In this document: positions 55,895 to 64,000 of the stretch, in pieces
Layout of the letters: every line of letters begins with the position of its first letter
Numbering within the stretch: position 1 is the first letter of the stretch
Origin: Bacteroidia bacterium
GTDB lineage: Bacteria > Bacteroidota > Bacteroidia > SpSt-205
DNA: 64,000 bases
NCBI GenBank assembly: GCA_039630325.1
Contig: JBCNVG010000013.1
Location: forward strand, 48,396-112,395
Direction of reading: 5' to 3'
Program-made: the position numbers and the translations under genes
The notes under the pieces: generated by a model
What the model was told of the DNA's origin: nothing
The model's input: the letters and a program-made list of their open reading frames with translations, nothing else
The model's database searches: none

Positions 55895-57156
55895 AATGGC
55901 GCCATTATCGATGGGCTCCTGGATTTCCCGCCGAGGAGCTGCGAGCGGCTCAGCCGCCCCTGCCCTCCGTAGAAGCGATTTTTCAACTCGTGGAGGAGAA
56001 AGGGGACGCCGCTCTATACGAACTCACCCAGCAATATGACGGCGTTCAACTTTCTACCCTCCGTATACCTGAAGAGGAAATCCAAAAAGCCCAAGTCCCC
56101 CCTGCACTGGCTGAAGCGATTCAAACCGCCTACGAGAATATTTGGAGTTTCCACCTGCGCCAGCGCCCCCAGGAAATCGTAGTAGAGACCCAAAAAGGGG
56201 TATTATGCGGGCTTCGCTATGTGCCTCTTCAGCGCGTAGGTCTATACATACCAGGTGGCACAGCACCACTTATCTCGACTGTGCTTATGCTGAGCATACC
56301 AGCGAAGGTGGCAGGGGTACCTCAAATAGCTTTGGCTACTCCCCCTACCTCTAATGGCCGTGTACCCGAAGCACTCCTTTACGCAGCGAAGGTATGCGAA
56401 GTCTCAGAGGTATATTGCGTAGGCGGTGCTCAGGCCATAGCAGCTTTTGCCATAGGGACTCCCAGCATTCCTTCTGTACATAAAATTGCTGGCCCTGGGA
56501 ACCGTTTCGTGCAGGCTGCTAAGTTGGAGGCAGCTCGCCGAGGAGTGGCCATAGATATGCCAGCTGGGCCTTCGGAGGTCATCGTGCTGGCAGATGACAG
56601 CGCTTCTCCTGAATGGGTGGCAGCTGATCTCTTAGCTCAAGCAGAACATGGCTCGGACAGCCTCGTGGGGCTTATTACGACGCATGAGCCTCTCGTCCCC
56701 GCCGTAGAGGCGGCTATTGCCAGCCAGCTCTCACGCAATCCTCGCCGTCCGTTCATAGAAGATACCCTCAGCCGAAGTTGGACTTTGACTGTGCCAGACC
56801 TCCTGACTGGCATAGAAGTGATTAATGCGATTGCTCCCGAACACCTCATCCTGGCTTGTGAGCAGGCTGAGACTTACCTTTCCTACCTCTACCATGTAGG
56901 CTCAGTCTTTTTAGGGCATCTCACGCCTGAAAGCGCTGGCGATTATGCCTCTGGCACTAATCACGTACTGCCTACGGGGGGGATGGCACGCAGCTTTGGC
57001 AGCTTAACGGTACTAAGCTTCATGCGCAGCTTCACTTACCAACAGCTCACTCCGGAGGGAATCAAAATCCTTACGCCTGCGGTTCTTCGTCTCGCCGAAG
57101 CCGAGGGATTACCCGCTCACGCCGAAGCTATGCGCCTTCGCTATGCGGCGATTTAG
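55891..57156 (+). CDS. hisD: Histidinol dehydrogenase
   Basis: HisD motifs (GGAQAIAAFAIGT, AGPSEV, HLTPESAGDYASGTNHVLPT). The start is placed at the ATG at 55891, which overlaps the hisG stop (ATGA). Confidence 0.9.
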   Translation: MKWRHYRWAPGFPAEELRAAQPPLPSVEAIFQLVEEKGDAALYELTQQYDGVQLSTLRIPEEEIQKAQVPPALAEAIQTAYENIWSFHLRQRPQEIVVETQKGVLCGLRYVPLQRVGLYIPGGTAPLISTVLMLSIPAKVAGVPQIALATPPTSNGRVPEALLYAAKVCEVSEVYCVGGAQAIAAFAIGTPSIPSVHKIAGPGNRFVQAAKLEAARRGVAIDMPAGPSEVIVLADDSASPEWVAADLLAQAEHGSDSLVGLITTHEPLVPAVEAAIASQLSRNPRRPFIEDTLSRSWTLTVPDLLTGIEVINAIAPEHLILACEQAETYLSYLYHVGSVFLGHLTPESAGDYASGTNHVLPTGGMARSFGSLTVLSFMRSFTYQQLTPEGIKILTPAVLRLAEAEGLPAHAEAMRLRYAAI

Positions 57157-58219
57157 GCCTCACCTCCTGAATGTTCCACCTTATACCAGCGCTCGTGATG
57201 AATACGCTGGGACGGCCGAGATTTTCTTAGACGCTAACGAAAATGCCTTTGCTTCTCAGTGGAGTGCCCCCTACCATCGCTATCCAGACCCTCACCATAC
57301 CGAACTGAGGGCTGCACTGGGAGCATACTTAGGCGTCTCTCCCGACTCCATTATGTGCGGTGCAGGTAGCGATGAGCTGATAGACTGGCTCCTGCGCGCG
57401 GTGTGCGAGCCAGGTCAGGACGAACTGCTCACTATCACCCCAACTTACGGCGTGTATGCCACCTATGCCCGAATTCATGGGATTCACATCCGAGAAATCC
57501 AGTTAGGAGAAGGGTTCTCTCTGCCCGTAGATACTCTTCTCCGGGCTGCAGGCCCCCGCACACCAATAGCGATTCTCTGTCGCCCTAATAACCCTACTGG
57601 TACCCTATGGCCCGCCGAGGAAGTTCAGAGATTCATAGATCAGTTTGACGGCTGGATTGTACTGGATGAGGCCTACATAGAATTCTCTGACGAGCCCGCT
57701 GGATGGCTACCCCGACGGAGCTCAGGAACAGTCATTCTGCGTACTTTCTCTAAGGCATGGGGGCTGGCTGGCTGGCGAATCGGATACGCCGTAGCAGAGC
57801 CCGAGGTGGTTTCTCTCTTTTATCGCACTAAGCTCCCTTACAACCTCAGCGGTCCCGCTCAGGCGGCGGCTATCGCAGCGCTCCGAGATCAGGAGCGTAT
57901 CCGCCAGTCTATAGAAGAGGTGCGTCGAGAGCGCCACCGAGTATCGGAAACTCTTCGGAATCTCCCAATCGTAGAAGAGGTTTTCCCCTCACAAGCTAAC
58001 TTTATCCTGGTTCGGTTTCAAGCAGCGAAGTCTATCTACCAGGCCTTGGCAGAACGGGGTATCATCGTACGCTATAGAGGCAATCTCCCTCTATGCGAAA
58101 ATACCCTGCGTATCACAATAGGGACCCCTGAGGAAAATGACAAACTCATACATGCCCTACGAGAACTGTCTGCACAGGCAGCCAGAGGGAAAATACTCAA
58201 AACGGAATCGCAGCATTAG
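57143..58219 (+). CDS. hisC: Histidinol-phosphate aminotransferase
   Basis: Class-II aminotransferase with the HisC N-terminus (VPPYTSARDEY...) and a PLP-lysine region (FSKAWGLAGWRIGY). Confidence 0.85.
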   Translation: MRRFRPHLLNVPPYTSARDEYAGTAEIFLDANENAFASQWSAPYHRYPDPHHTELRAALGAYLGVSPDSIMCGAGSDELIDWLLRAVCEPGQDELLTITPTYGVYATYARIHGIHIREIQLGEGFSLPVDTLLRAAGPRTPIAILCRPNNPTGTLWPAEEVQRFIDQFDGWIVLDEAYIEFSDEPAGWLPRRSSGTVILRTFSKAWGLAGWRIGYAVAEPEVVSLFYRTKLPYNLSGPAQAAAIAALRDQERIRQSIEEVRRERHRVSETLRNLPIVEEVFPSQANFILVRFQAAKSIYQALAERGIIVRYRGNLPLCENTLRITIGTPEENDKLIHALRELSAQAARGKILKTESQH

Positions 58220-58234
58220 CGCTAAATTTGGGGC

Positions 58235-58324
58235 GGAGAGATGCCGGAGTGGTCGAACGGGCCTGACTCGAAATCAGGTAGCTCGCAACAAGCGGGCTCG
58301 GGGGTTCGAATCCCCCTCTCTCCG
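58235..58324 (+). tRNA. tRNA-Ser (anticodon CGA)
   Basis: Acceptor GGAGAGA/TCTCTCC+G, anticodon loop CTCGAAA, a long type-II variable arm, and a GGGGG-TTCGAAT-CCCCC T-arm. Confidence 0.8.
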
Positions 58325-58416
58325 CACCGAAGCATCCCTCTTTCCAAAGTCTAAGCCCATTTCCTCAGCCTACGCTCCCTGATTGGAGTCTGAGCGATGC
58401 AGAAGGCTGCCTCGGC

Positions 58417-58953
58417 TTACCGTGGGTAGGAGACAATCTGAATAATCGGTGCGCCGAAGGGTTCTAAGGCTTTCCTCCCTCCCAGCTCTTCCAAAGTGAT
58501 GAGGAAACCGAAGCCAGCCACTCTCGCTCCTATTTGCTGGACTAACTTCGCTGCTGCGGCCGCTGTCCCCCCCGTCGCCAGCAAATCATCATGAATCAAT
58601 ACTTCATCCCCTGGGAAAATCGTATCCCTTGCAATCTCCACTGTAGATGAGCCATACTCCAGCTCGTAAGAGACGCTCGCAGCGACCTCTGGGAGCTTTC
58701 CTTTCTTACGCACAATCACAAATCCTGCATTGAGCTGCTGGGCTATCATTGGACCCAACAAGAACCCCCTACTTTCTATTCCTACCACTTTATTCACATC
58801 TCGCACTCGGAAGTGGCGCGCTATCTCTTCTACGCAGCGCTCCACCAAACGAGGCCTCAAAAGCACGGGAGTAATATCTTTGAAGAGAACACCTTTTTGG
58901 GGAAAGTCAGGAATCTCACGAATAGTCTGGCGCAGCTCATACTCTAAAAGCAT
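58417..58953 (-). CDS. apt: Adenine phosphoribosyltransferase
   Basis: PRTase motif (VLIHDDLLATGGTA) and typical Apt length. Confidence 0.9.
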   Translation of the reverse strand: MLLEYELRQTIREIPDFPQKGVLFKDITPVLLRPRLVERCVEEIARHFRVRDVNKVVGIESRGFLLGPMIAQQLNAGFVIVRKKGKLPEVAASVSYELEYGSSTVEIARDTIFPGDEVLIHDDLLATGGTAAAAAKLVQQIGARVAGFGFLITLEELGGRKALEPFGAPIIQIVSYPR

Positions 58954-58962
58954 GGGGCAAAG

Positions 58963-59964
58963 TTATTCGCTCGTGAGATACGGAATAAGCTTTGAACGCA
59001 CCGAGTCAGGCAGCCAAGCCGACCATACTTCGGTCGGGATCGGCTGTTCGCCCCATGCCTGCCGTTTTCGAACCAGATACCGAGCCAATCGCCACGATAT
59101 ATAAGGATGGGCAGCCAGCTCTTCCACAGAAGCTTGTCTCAGTGACAGCTTGGGTTTAGGCCGATGACGAATATACAGATATGGGAGAGCTTTTTCAATA
59201 TTTTCTGAGCGAATGCCCCAGATCTCTCGAAGCTGTTCCACAGAAACGAAATAACCGCCCAACTTCTCTCGGTAGGAAAGGATGCGTTCAGCGGATTTGC
59301 GCCCAATCCCAGGCAACTTTTCCAGCTCTTCAGCAGTCGCCAGATTGAGATCTATCAGCGCATATGGGGGAGATAAAGAGCGAGATGGGTCTACCACCTT
59401 CTCCCCTAAATATCCATAGGTCCTGAGTCGATATCGCTCTATGGGATGTAAGCTGCGGAAAGAGTCTATTTGGGCCCAAGAGCGGAAACCTCTCACTTTA
59501 TACCGATACCGAATCAAGCTTCGGGCTACACTTGGACGACAAAGCATAGACTGAGCAAGGCTAAGGCTATCAATAGTGTTCAGGTCTACTCGCTCCACGG
59601 AATCCCGCAGTTTGCGCACAAATACCTCTGAGGCGAGGCGAGCCCAGTCGGCACTATCTAAGGCCAAACGCACCTCATTGGTATCCCAGAAACCTCCCAT
59701 GCCTTGACGCAGAGCCAGGAGACGATTCACCTTCCCGGGCGAGAGTCCAGGAAGGGCCAAAAGAGTCAGACTATCAGCGCTATTGATGTCAATCGGCTCA
59801 GGCGGAAGGGCCCCCCCGGCCGAATCCCAATGCAGGCTAAATCTGCCCAGCGTGAAGAGCATGACTATACTACCCCAGCCCAGGAAGCTCCACCAGGAAG
59901 GTGACCTTCGCAGACGCAGTCGAAGCGAAGCCCGCTGCGCTGGGGACTGATAGTCTGACATGGC
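58963..59964 (-). CDS. ComEA-family DNA-binding protein with three helix-hairpin-helix modules
   Basis: Three HhH units: IDINSADSLTLLALPGLSPGKVNRLL, IDLNLATAEELEKLPGIGRKSAERIL and LSLRQASVEELAAHPYISWRLARYL. The N-terminal TM segment follows the internal start MSDYQ. Confidence 0.55.
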   Translation of the reverse strand, partial: AMSDYQSPAQRASLRLRLRRSPSWWSFLGWGSIVMLFTLGRFSLHWDSAGGALPPEPIDINSADSLTLLALPGLSPGKVNRLLALRQGMGGFWDTNEVRLALDSADWARLASEVFVRKLRDSVERVDLNTIDSLSLAQSMLCRPSVARSLIRYRYKVRGFRSWAQIDSFRSLHPIERYRLRTYGYLGEKVVDPSRSLSPPYALIDLNLATAEELEKLPGIGRKSAERILSYREKLGGYFVSVEQLREIWGIRSENIEKALPYLYIRHRPKPKLSLRQASVEELAAHPYISWRLARYLVRKRQAWGEQPIPTEVWSAWLPDSVRSKLIPYLTSE

Positions 59965-60031
59965 AAAGATTTCTCCCAAGTATAAGCAAAAAGCTGCCTC
60001 ATCAAGTAGCGCCCCGAGCAGGCCGATGAAC

Positions 60032-61069
60032 TCAACTTGGCACTTCTTCAAATAGGTTTGCCTGCCCCCCCCGACGAAATAGAGTGAGATTGAAGGGGGG
60101 CATGGGTGGAGCGTGTCTCAGATAGCGAGCCACACCTGCTTGAAAGGTCCGTTCAATCGTAAGGGCTACGGTACCAGCTCCTCTTATGCGCCGCCCCCAG
60201 CGAGTATCATTGAGATGGCCATCGTGGCACTGAGCGATGAGATGGAGAATCCGCTCGGCCCTATCGGGAAGCTTTTCACGCAGCCAGGTTTCAAAGATTT
60301 CAGCCAGTGCTCCATTCAAGCGAACTATGGTATAAGCAGCTGCTTGGGCCCCGGCCTCACCTGCGGCTTTGAGTATGGGCAGGATTTCGTTGTCGGTGAG
60401 GCCAGGAATTATCGGTGCTACCATCACGCCGGTGGGAATCCCAGCCGCACGAAGCCGACGAATCACTTCTATCCGGCGGGCCCCAGCCGCCGTTCTCGGT
60501 TCTAAAATCTGCCGAATCTCCTCCCGCAGCGTCGTTACAGTAATGTACACATGAATCAGATCTAGACGGGCCAACTCGGAGAGTAAGTCTAAGTCGCGCA
60601 AGATGAGTGCATTTTTAGTGATGATGCTCACAGGATGCCGATAAGCCAGTAAGACTTCCAAGAGCTGGCGAGTCAGCCGATATTCTCGCTCAATAGGCTG
60701 ATAGCAGTCCGTATTTCCAGCCAACATGATAGGATAGGGTCGCCAGCTTGGATGACTAAGCTGCTCCCTTAGTAGCTGGGGGGCATTTTTTTTGACGAGT
60801 AGCTTCGTCTCGAAGTCAATCCCCGCCGAAAACCCCCAGTATTCGTGACTATTGCGAGCATAGCAGTAAATACAGCCATGTTCGCAGCCCGCATAAGGAT
60901 TCATAGAGTAGACAATCGGGAGATCAGGGCTCTCTATTTGATTGACTATGGAGCGCGCCTGTACAGGGATAATTTGCAGACGGGCTTGGTCAGGTGTCAG
61001 CTTTACTTCATACTCGTAGGCCAAAGGATCAAACCGAATATCAGGATTGTGCCGGGCACCGCGACGCAT
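60032..61069 (-). CDS. Radical SAM protein, spore-photoproduct-lyase (SPL/'DNA repair photolyase') family
   Basis: CxxxCxxC cluster motif NPYAGCEHGCIYCYARN. The size and context are typical of the SplB-like family. Confidence 0.65.
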   Translation of the reverse strand: MRRGARHNPDIRFDPLAYEYEVKLTPDQARLQIIPVQARSIVNQIESPDLPIVYSMNPYAGCEHGCIYCYARNSHEYWGFSAGIDFETKLLVKKNAPQLLREQLSHPSWRPYPIMLAGNTDCYQPIEREYRLTRQLLEVLLAYRHPVSIITKNALILRDLDLLSELARLDLIHVYITVTTLREEIRQILEPRTAAGARRIEVIRRLRAAGIPTGVMVAPIIPGLTDNEILPILKAAGEAGAQAAAYTIVRLNGALAEIFETWLREKLPDRAERILHLIAQCHDGHLNDTRWGRRIRGAGTVALTIERTFQAGVARYLRHAPPMPPFNLTLFRRGGQANLFEEVPS

Positions 61070-61124
61070 AAGTGTAATAAGCGAAAAGCTCGCCGACAGG
61101 CTGTGGATAAAATGTGTAGAACTC

Positions 61125-62210
61125 TTATTGGGCGAAGGCTGTCCGAAAGGCTTCTACGTACTGACTAGCATTAGCTCGTACGGAATATCGGGCTTCTACC
61201 GTGTAGCGCGCCGCCTGACCCAGTTGCGCTCGTAGAGTGGGCGATTCAATGAGGAGGGAGAGCTTATCTACCCACTCCTTGAGTGTGCGAGCCCATAGCC
61301 CATTGACGCCATCCTGCACCACTTCTCTATTCATTCCGATGGGGGAGACCACGGCGGGAATGCCCATAGCCATGTAGAGGAGGGCTTTTAGGGCGCATTT
61401 CCCCAGACTCCATTCGGTGTCGGGGAGAGGCATGATTCCGATGTGCATCCGCCGAAGGTGAGAGACCTCAGTCCGCGGCGTCCACGGCAGAACCTCGGCT
61501 GGAAAAGGCGGACGATAATTCGGCGCTCCCACGAAAAGAAATCGAATCTGATCCCCATACTTAGCATGCAGAGACCCCAGGGCTTCTTCCACAGTCAGTA
61601 GATGGGCTAAAGTCGTAGGACTACCACTCCACCCAATGACTATGGGAGATGAGGCTCTGAATGCGGGAGGTTTATACACTTCTGTATTTACAGTGGTGGG
61701 TATAATCCATACCTCCTTAGCGTACTGCCTCGCATAGGAGGCTAAGTATTCATTGCAGACCGTAACCAGCCGCGCCCGTCTCAGAAGAAGGGCGGTTTTC
61801 CTTCGACTCTTCAGCCAAGCAAACCTCCTAAACTGCTCAGATGTATCTAGTAGCCATATCGCATCATCAAAGTCCATCAGGACAGGCAGACGCCGCATCC
61901 ACAGAAGCTCTACTATCGGTAAACCCAAGAAGGTTGCTTCTCGGTACAGATAGACTCCGTCTACTTTGTCTCTCATCAAAGCTTTGATCAGCAGTTTGAA
62001 AAACCCCGCCGAGAAAATGGCCCCTTTCCTCCACAGGGAAGTTTGAGGAGATAAAAAGCGCTCATAAGCATGCAAGGAGAAAAGGCTATGCCATTCTACC
62101 TCAAATCCAGCCTCATGCAGAATCGGCAAGTAAGACTCTATTCGGTAGCGAGTACCTGGTATTCGATTAGGCGGATATACGGTGAGGAGGGCTATTTTCA
62201 CGCAGTGCAA
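61125..62210 (-). CDS. Family 1 (GT4-like) glycosyltransferase
   Basis: C-terminal GT-B motif (MGIPAVVSPIGMNREVVQDGVNGLWAR...). Confidence 0.75.
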   Translation of the reverse strand: MHCVKIALLTVYPPNRIPGTRYRIESYLPILHEAGFEVEWHSLFSLHAYERFLSPQTSLWRKGAIFSAGFFKLLIKALMRDKVDGVYLYREATFLGLPIVELLWMRRLPVLMDFDDAIWLLDTSEQFRRFAWLKSRRKTALLLRRARLVTVCNEYLASYARQYAKEVWIIPTTVNTEVYKPPAFRASSPIVIGWSGSPTTLAHLLTVEEALGSLHAKYGDQIRFLFVGAPNYRPPFPAEVLPWTPRTEVSHLRRMHIGIMPLPDTEWSLGKCALKALLYMAMGIPAVVSPIGMNREVVQDGVNGLWARTLKEWVDKLSLLIESPTLRAQLGQAARYTVEARYSVRANASQYVEAFRTAFAQ

Positions 62211-62320
62211 AGCAAAGGGGAATAGGCAAGAGAGAAGTGGCCAAACCCTTTTTCAGACACGCTCACCTTTACCGCAGTCTACTGCTTGGCCGCAGAATCT
62301 TATGAGTAATACCAGCACCC

Positions 62321-63754
62321 TCAGTTTCCCAAAGATGAAGGAGAACCTGAAGCTTTGGATACCCTAGCTTTACGACTGAGAAAACGCTTCCAAAACTCTA
62401 CCCCATTAGCGAAGCAAAACCGATAAGTAAGCTCCACCGGAGAAAGTCCTGTATCTGCAAAGGTAGCGTACTCGCGCTCAAAAAACTTTTCCAGCCCAGG
62501 CCATAACACCTTGGGATATTCTAAGGTGGTGGGAATAGCGTCAATGGGATCTATAAATCCATCAAAGTCGCTCCCGATACACAAGGTAGAGAAGGCCTCA
62601 AGCGGAGATAGGCCAGCCTCTACCAATGTCGTATAGATGTAACGAATCTGCTGAAAAAGGGGCTCTAAGGGATGCACCTGACCAGCCCGAACCGCCTGCA
62701 AAAGCTTCTCTCCTGCCAAGATTCGCTCGTCCATGATAATACCGATGAGTCCATGACTTTGAGCGATAGCTATTAGGTCTTCATCGTGGAGGTTTATATC
62801 CCACGGATTGAAGGTATTGCTTTGAAGGCGATGCTTAGGAAGGTCCACACTAACCCTTCTGGTACGGCGAGCGTGACCCGAGGCGGCTACATGCGAAGCC
62901 AGTACTGGCATTTCATATTCCCGGGCGATCTCATAGACTTGCTGGCGCGTGGAGAAGTCACAATGCTTTACATCGATCAAAATATGACGGCGATAGGCTT
63001 CCTCCACAAAATAAGCCCCAAAAGCCGTAAGCCCGCGAAATCGCCCAACTTCCCTGAGACTGCGTATGGGATTAGGAAGGAGGCGCAGAGCCCCCCGCTG
63101 TTCTATCGCCTTGGCAGGAGTGCCCAAATGATTATATACCATGTGAAGAAGGGTAATCAGGTGAATGCCGCGTTCGGCTGCCCATTGCAACCGCTCGCGT
63201 ATGGCCTCTCGCGCCAGAGGCAAAAACTTCTCGTAAACGAAGCCCCGAATCGCAGGCAACTTATATCCACGATATTCAAACCCCAACGCATGAGCCCCCT
63301 CAATCGAGAGAATAGCCGCAATCTTATGAGGAGAAGCCAGCGCTCTATCTATATCCTCTGGCGAGCGAACAATAATCACTTCCCCTTCTCCATCTGGCTG
63401 GCGCAGATAAGCAGAGAGCAGATTGTATTCCTGCTGCAGAATCACAAAAGGATTTCGTTGTAGCACCTGCCTGACTCGCTCTAATCGCATCCGAAAAACA
63501 AGCGCATACATTACTGGACGGGTGACGAGAGAGGCTATCAAGTAGCGTTCTATGGGGTGCAAGGCAATCGTGACGACTCGGGTACCTGAACGCAGTAGTT
63601 TAGAAAAGTCACTCGCCGTGAGACGAGGGGTACGCCGCACTCTTTCTTCTGGGGTGGCCTGGTCATAATCTTCCCAGGGTGAGTCCACCGCGCTGAGCAT
63701 ATAAGGCTTCAGCGTACTGTGAACATGCAGATCAAAAAAGAGAGGAGTGGTCAT
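62321..63754 (-). CDS. Amidohydrolase-superfamily protein, M19 membrane-dipeptidase-like
   Basis: N-terminal metal-binding FFDLHVHS and a C-terminal CIGSDFDG motif characteristic of M19 dipeptidases. 477 aa. Confidence 0.45.
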   Translation of the reverse strand: MTTPLFFDLHVHSTLKPYMLSAVDSPWEDYDQATPEERVRRTPRLTASDFSKLLRSGTRVVTIALHPIERYLIASLVTRPVMYALVFRMRLERVRQVLQRNPFVILQQEYNLLSAYLRQPDGEGEVIIVRSPEDIDRALASPHKIAAILSIEGAHALGFEYRGYKLPAIRGFVYEKFLPLAREAIRERLQWAAERGIHLITLLHMVYNHLGTPAKAIEQRGALRLLPNPIRSLREVGRFRGLTAFGAYFVEEAYRRHILIDVKHCDFSTRQQVYEIAREYEMPVLASHVAASGHARRTRRVSVDLPKHRLQSNTFNPWDINLHDEDLIAIAQSHGLIGIIMDERILAGEKLLQAVRAGQVHPLEPLFQQIRYIYTTLVEAGLSPLEAFSTLCIGSDFDGFIDPIDAIPTTLEYPKVLWPGLEKFFEREYATFADTGLSPVELTYRFCFANGVEFWKRFLSRKARVSKASGSPSSLGN

Positions 63755-64000
63755 CGGTATCGATTGAAAAGAACTTCTTGCGGATTGTCAGAGAGTGGAA
63801 CCTCCCTCCCTTCCAGCCAGAGCCGTAGCACACGAGAGGAAGCTACATCCGTAATATCTCCCTCACATAGAACCAGAGAGGCCTTATACCCCGGGGCAAT
63901 CAAACCGACTCGATCCAATCCAAGCCACCGAGCCGGCACACTGGTAAGCATAGCCACCGCCTGCTCAGAAAACACCCCATAAGCCGAAGCAGTACCTGCT
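63751..64000 (-). CDS. Amidohydrolase family protein (partial, 5' end off-window)
   Basis: The frame is open through to position 64000 upstream of the tracked GTG. The C-terminal motif ...LTSVPARWLGLDRVGLIAPGYKASLVL is typical of amidohydrolase C-termini. It overlaps the downstream gene by 4 nt. Confidence 0.4.
   Translation of the reverse strand, partial: AGTASAYGVFSEQAVAMLTSVPARWLGLDRVGLIAPGYKASLVLCEGDITDVASSRVLRLWLEGREVPLSDNPQEVLFNRYR

Noticed and set aside
58137-58382. 81-aa ORF on the plus strand
   Set aside because: It runs straight through the tRNA-Ser gene (58235-58324) and the hisC 3' end. It is spurious.

Overview
This 64-kb window looks like a Bacteroidota-type chromosomal segment. 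The evidence is a 2397-aa protein ending in a T9SS (Por) C-terminal sorting domain, a GldE-like CNNM/CorC membrane protein, LptC-like and TamB-like envelope proteins, and TAnnTTTG-type -7 promoter motifs. The window is gene-dense, mostly on the minus strand, with many 4-nt ATGA/GTGA start-stop overlaps that mark long operons. I can support about 55 CDS and two tRNAs (tRNA-Leu CAA, tRNA-Ser CGA).

The housekeeping core is ispE, lgt, purD, a long purF-like amidotransferase, rbfA, rsgA, dtd, rsmE, apt, murQ, hisG-hisD-hisC, a UDP-sugar epimerase, an M20 peptidase and GT2/GT1 glycosyltransferases.

Three blocks look accessory or unusual:
- 16.9-25.7 kb: a giant T9SS cargo protein with PKD and discoidin-like domains and an array of about 12 GGPYDG repeats of 21-22 aa, one Cys each, that I do not recognise. 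An FGE/SUMF1-domain secreted protein lies 35 bp upstream in the same transcriptional direction.
- 27.4-32.4 kb: a TonB-dependent receptor translationally coupled to a TPR-TM-PP2C/SpoIIE phosphatase.
- 32.5-37.9 kb: a minus-strand island of hypothetical lipoproteins and secreted proteins, including three tandem paralogous lipoproteins and an orphan CcmE-like protein with a CxxxY motif.

No CRISPR array, transposase or integrase was seen. All functional calls come from motif-level reading of the translated ORFs. No database search was run.
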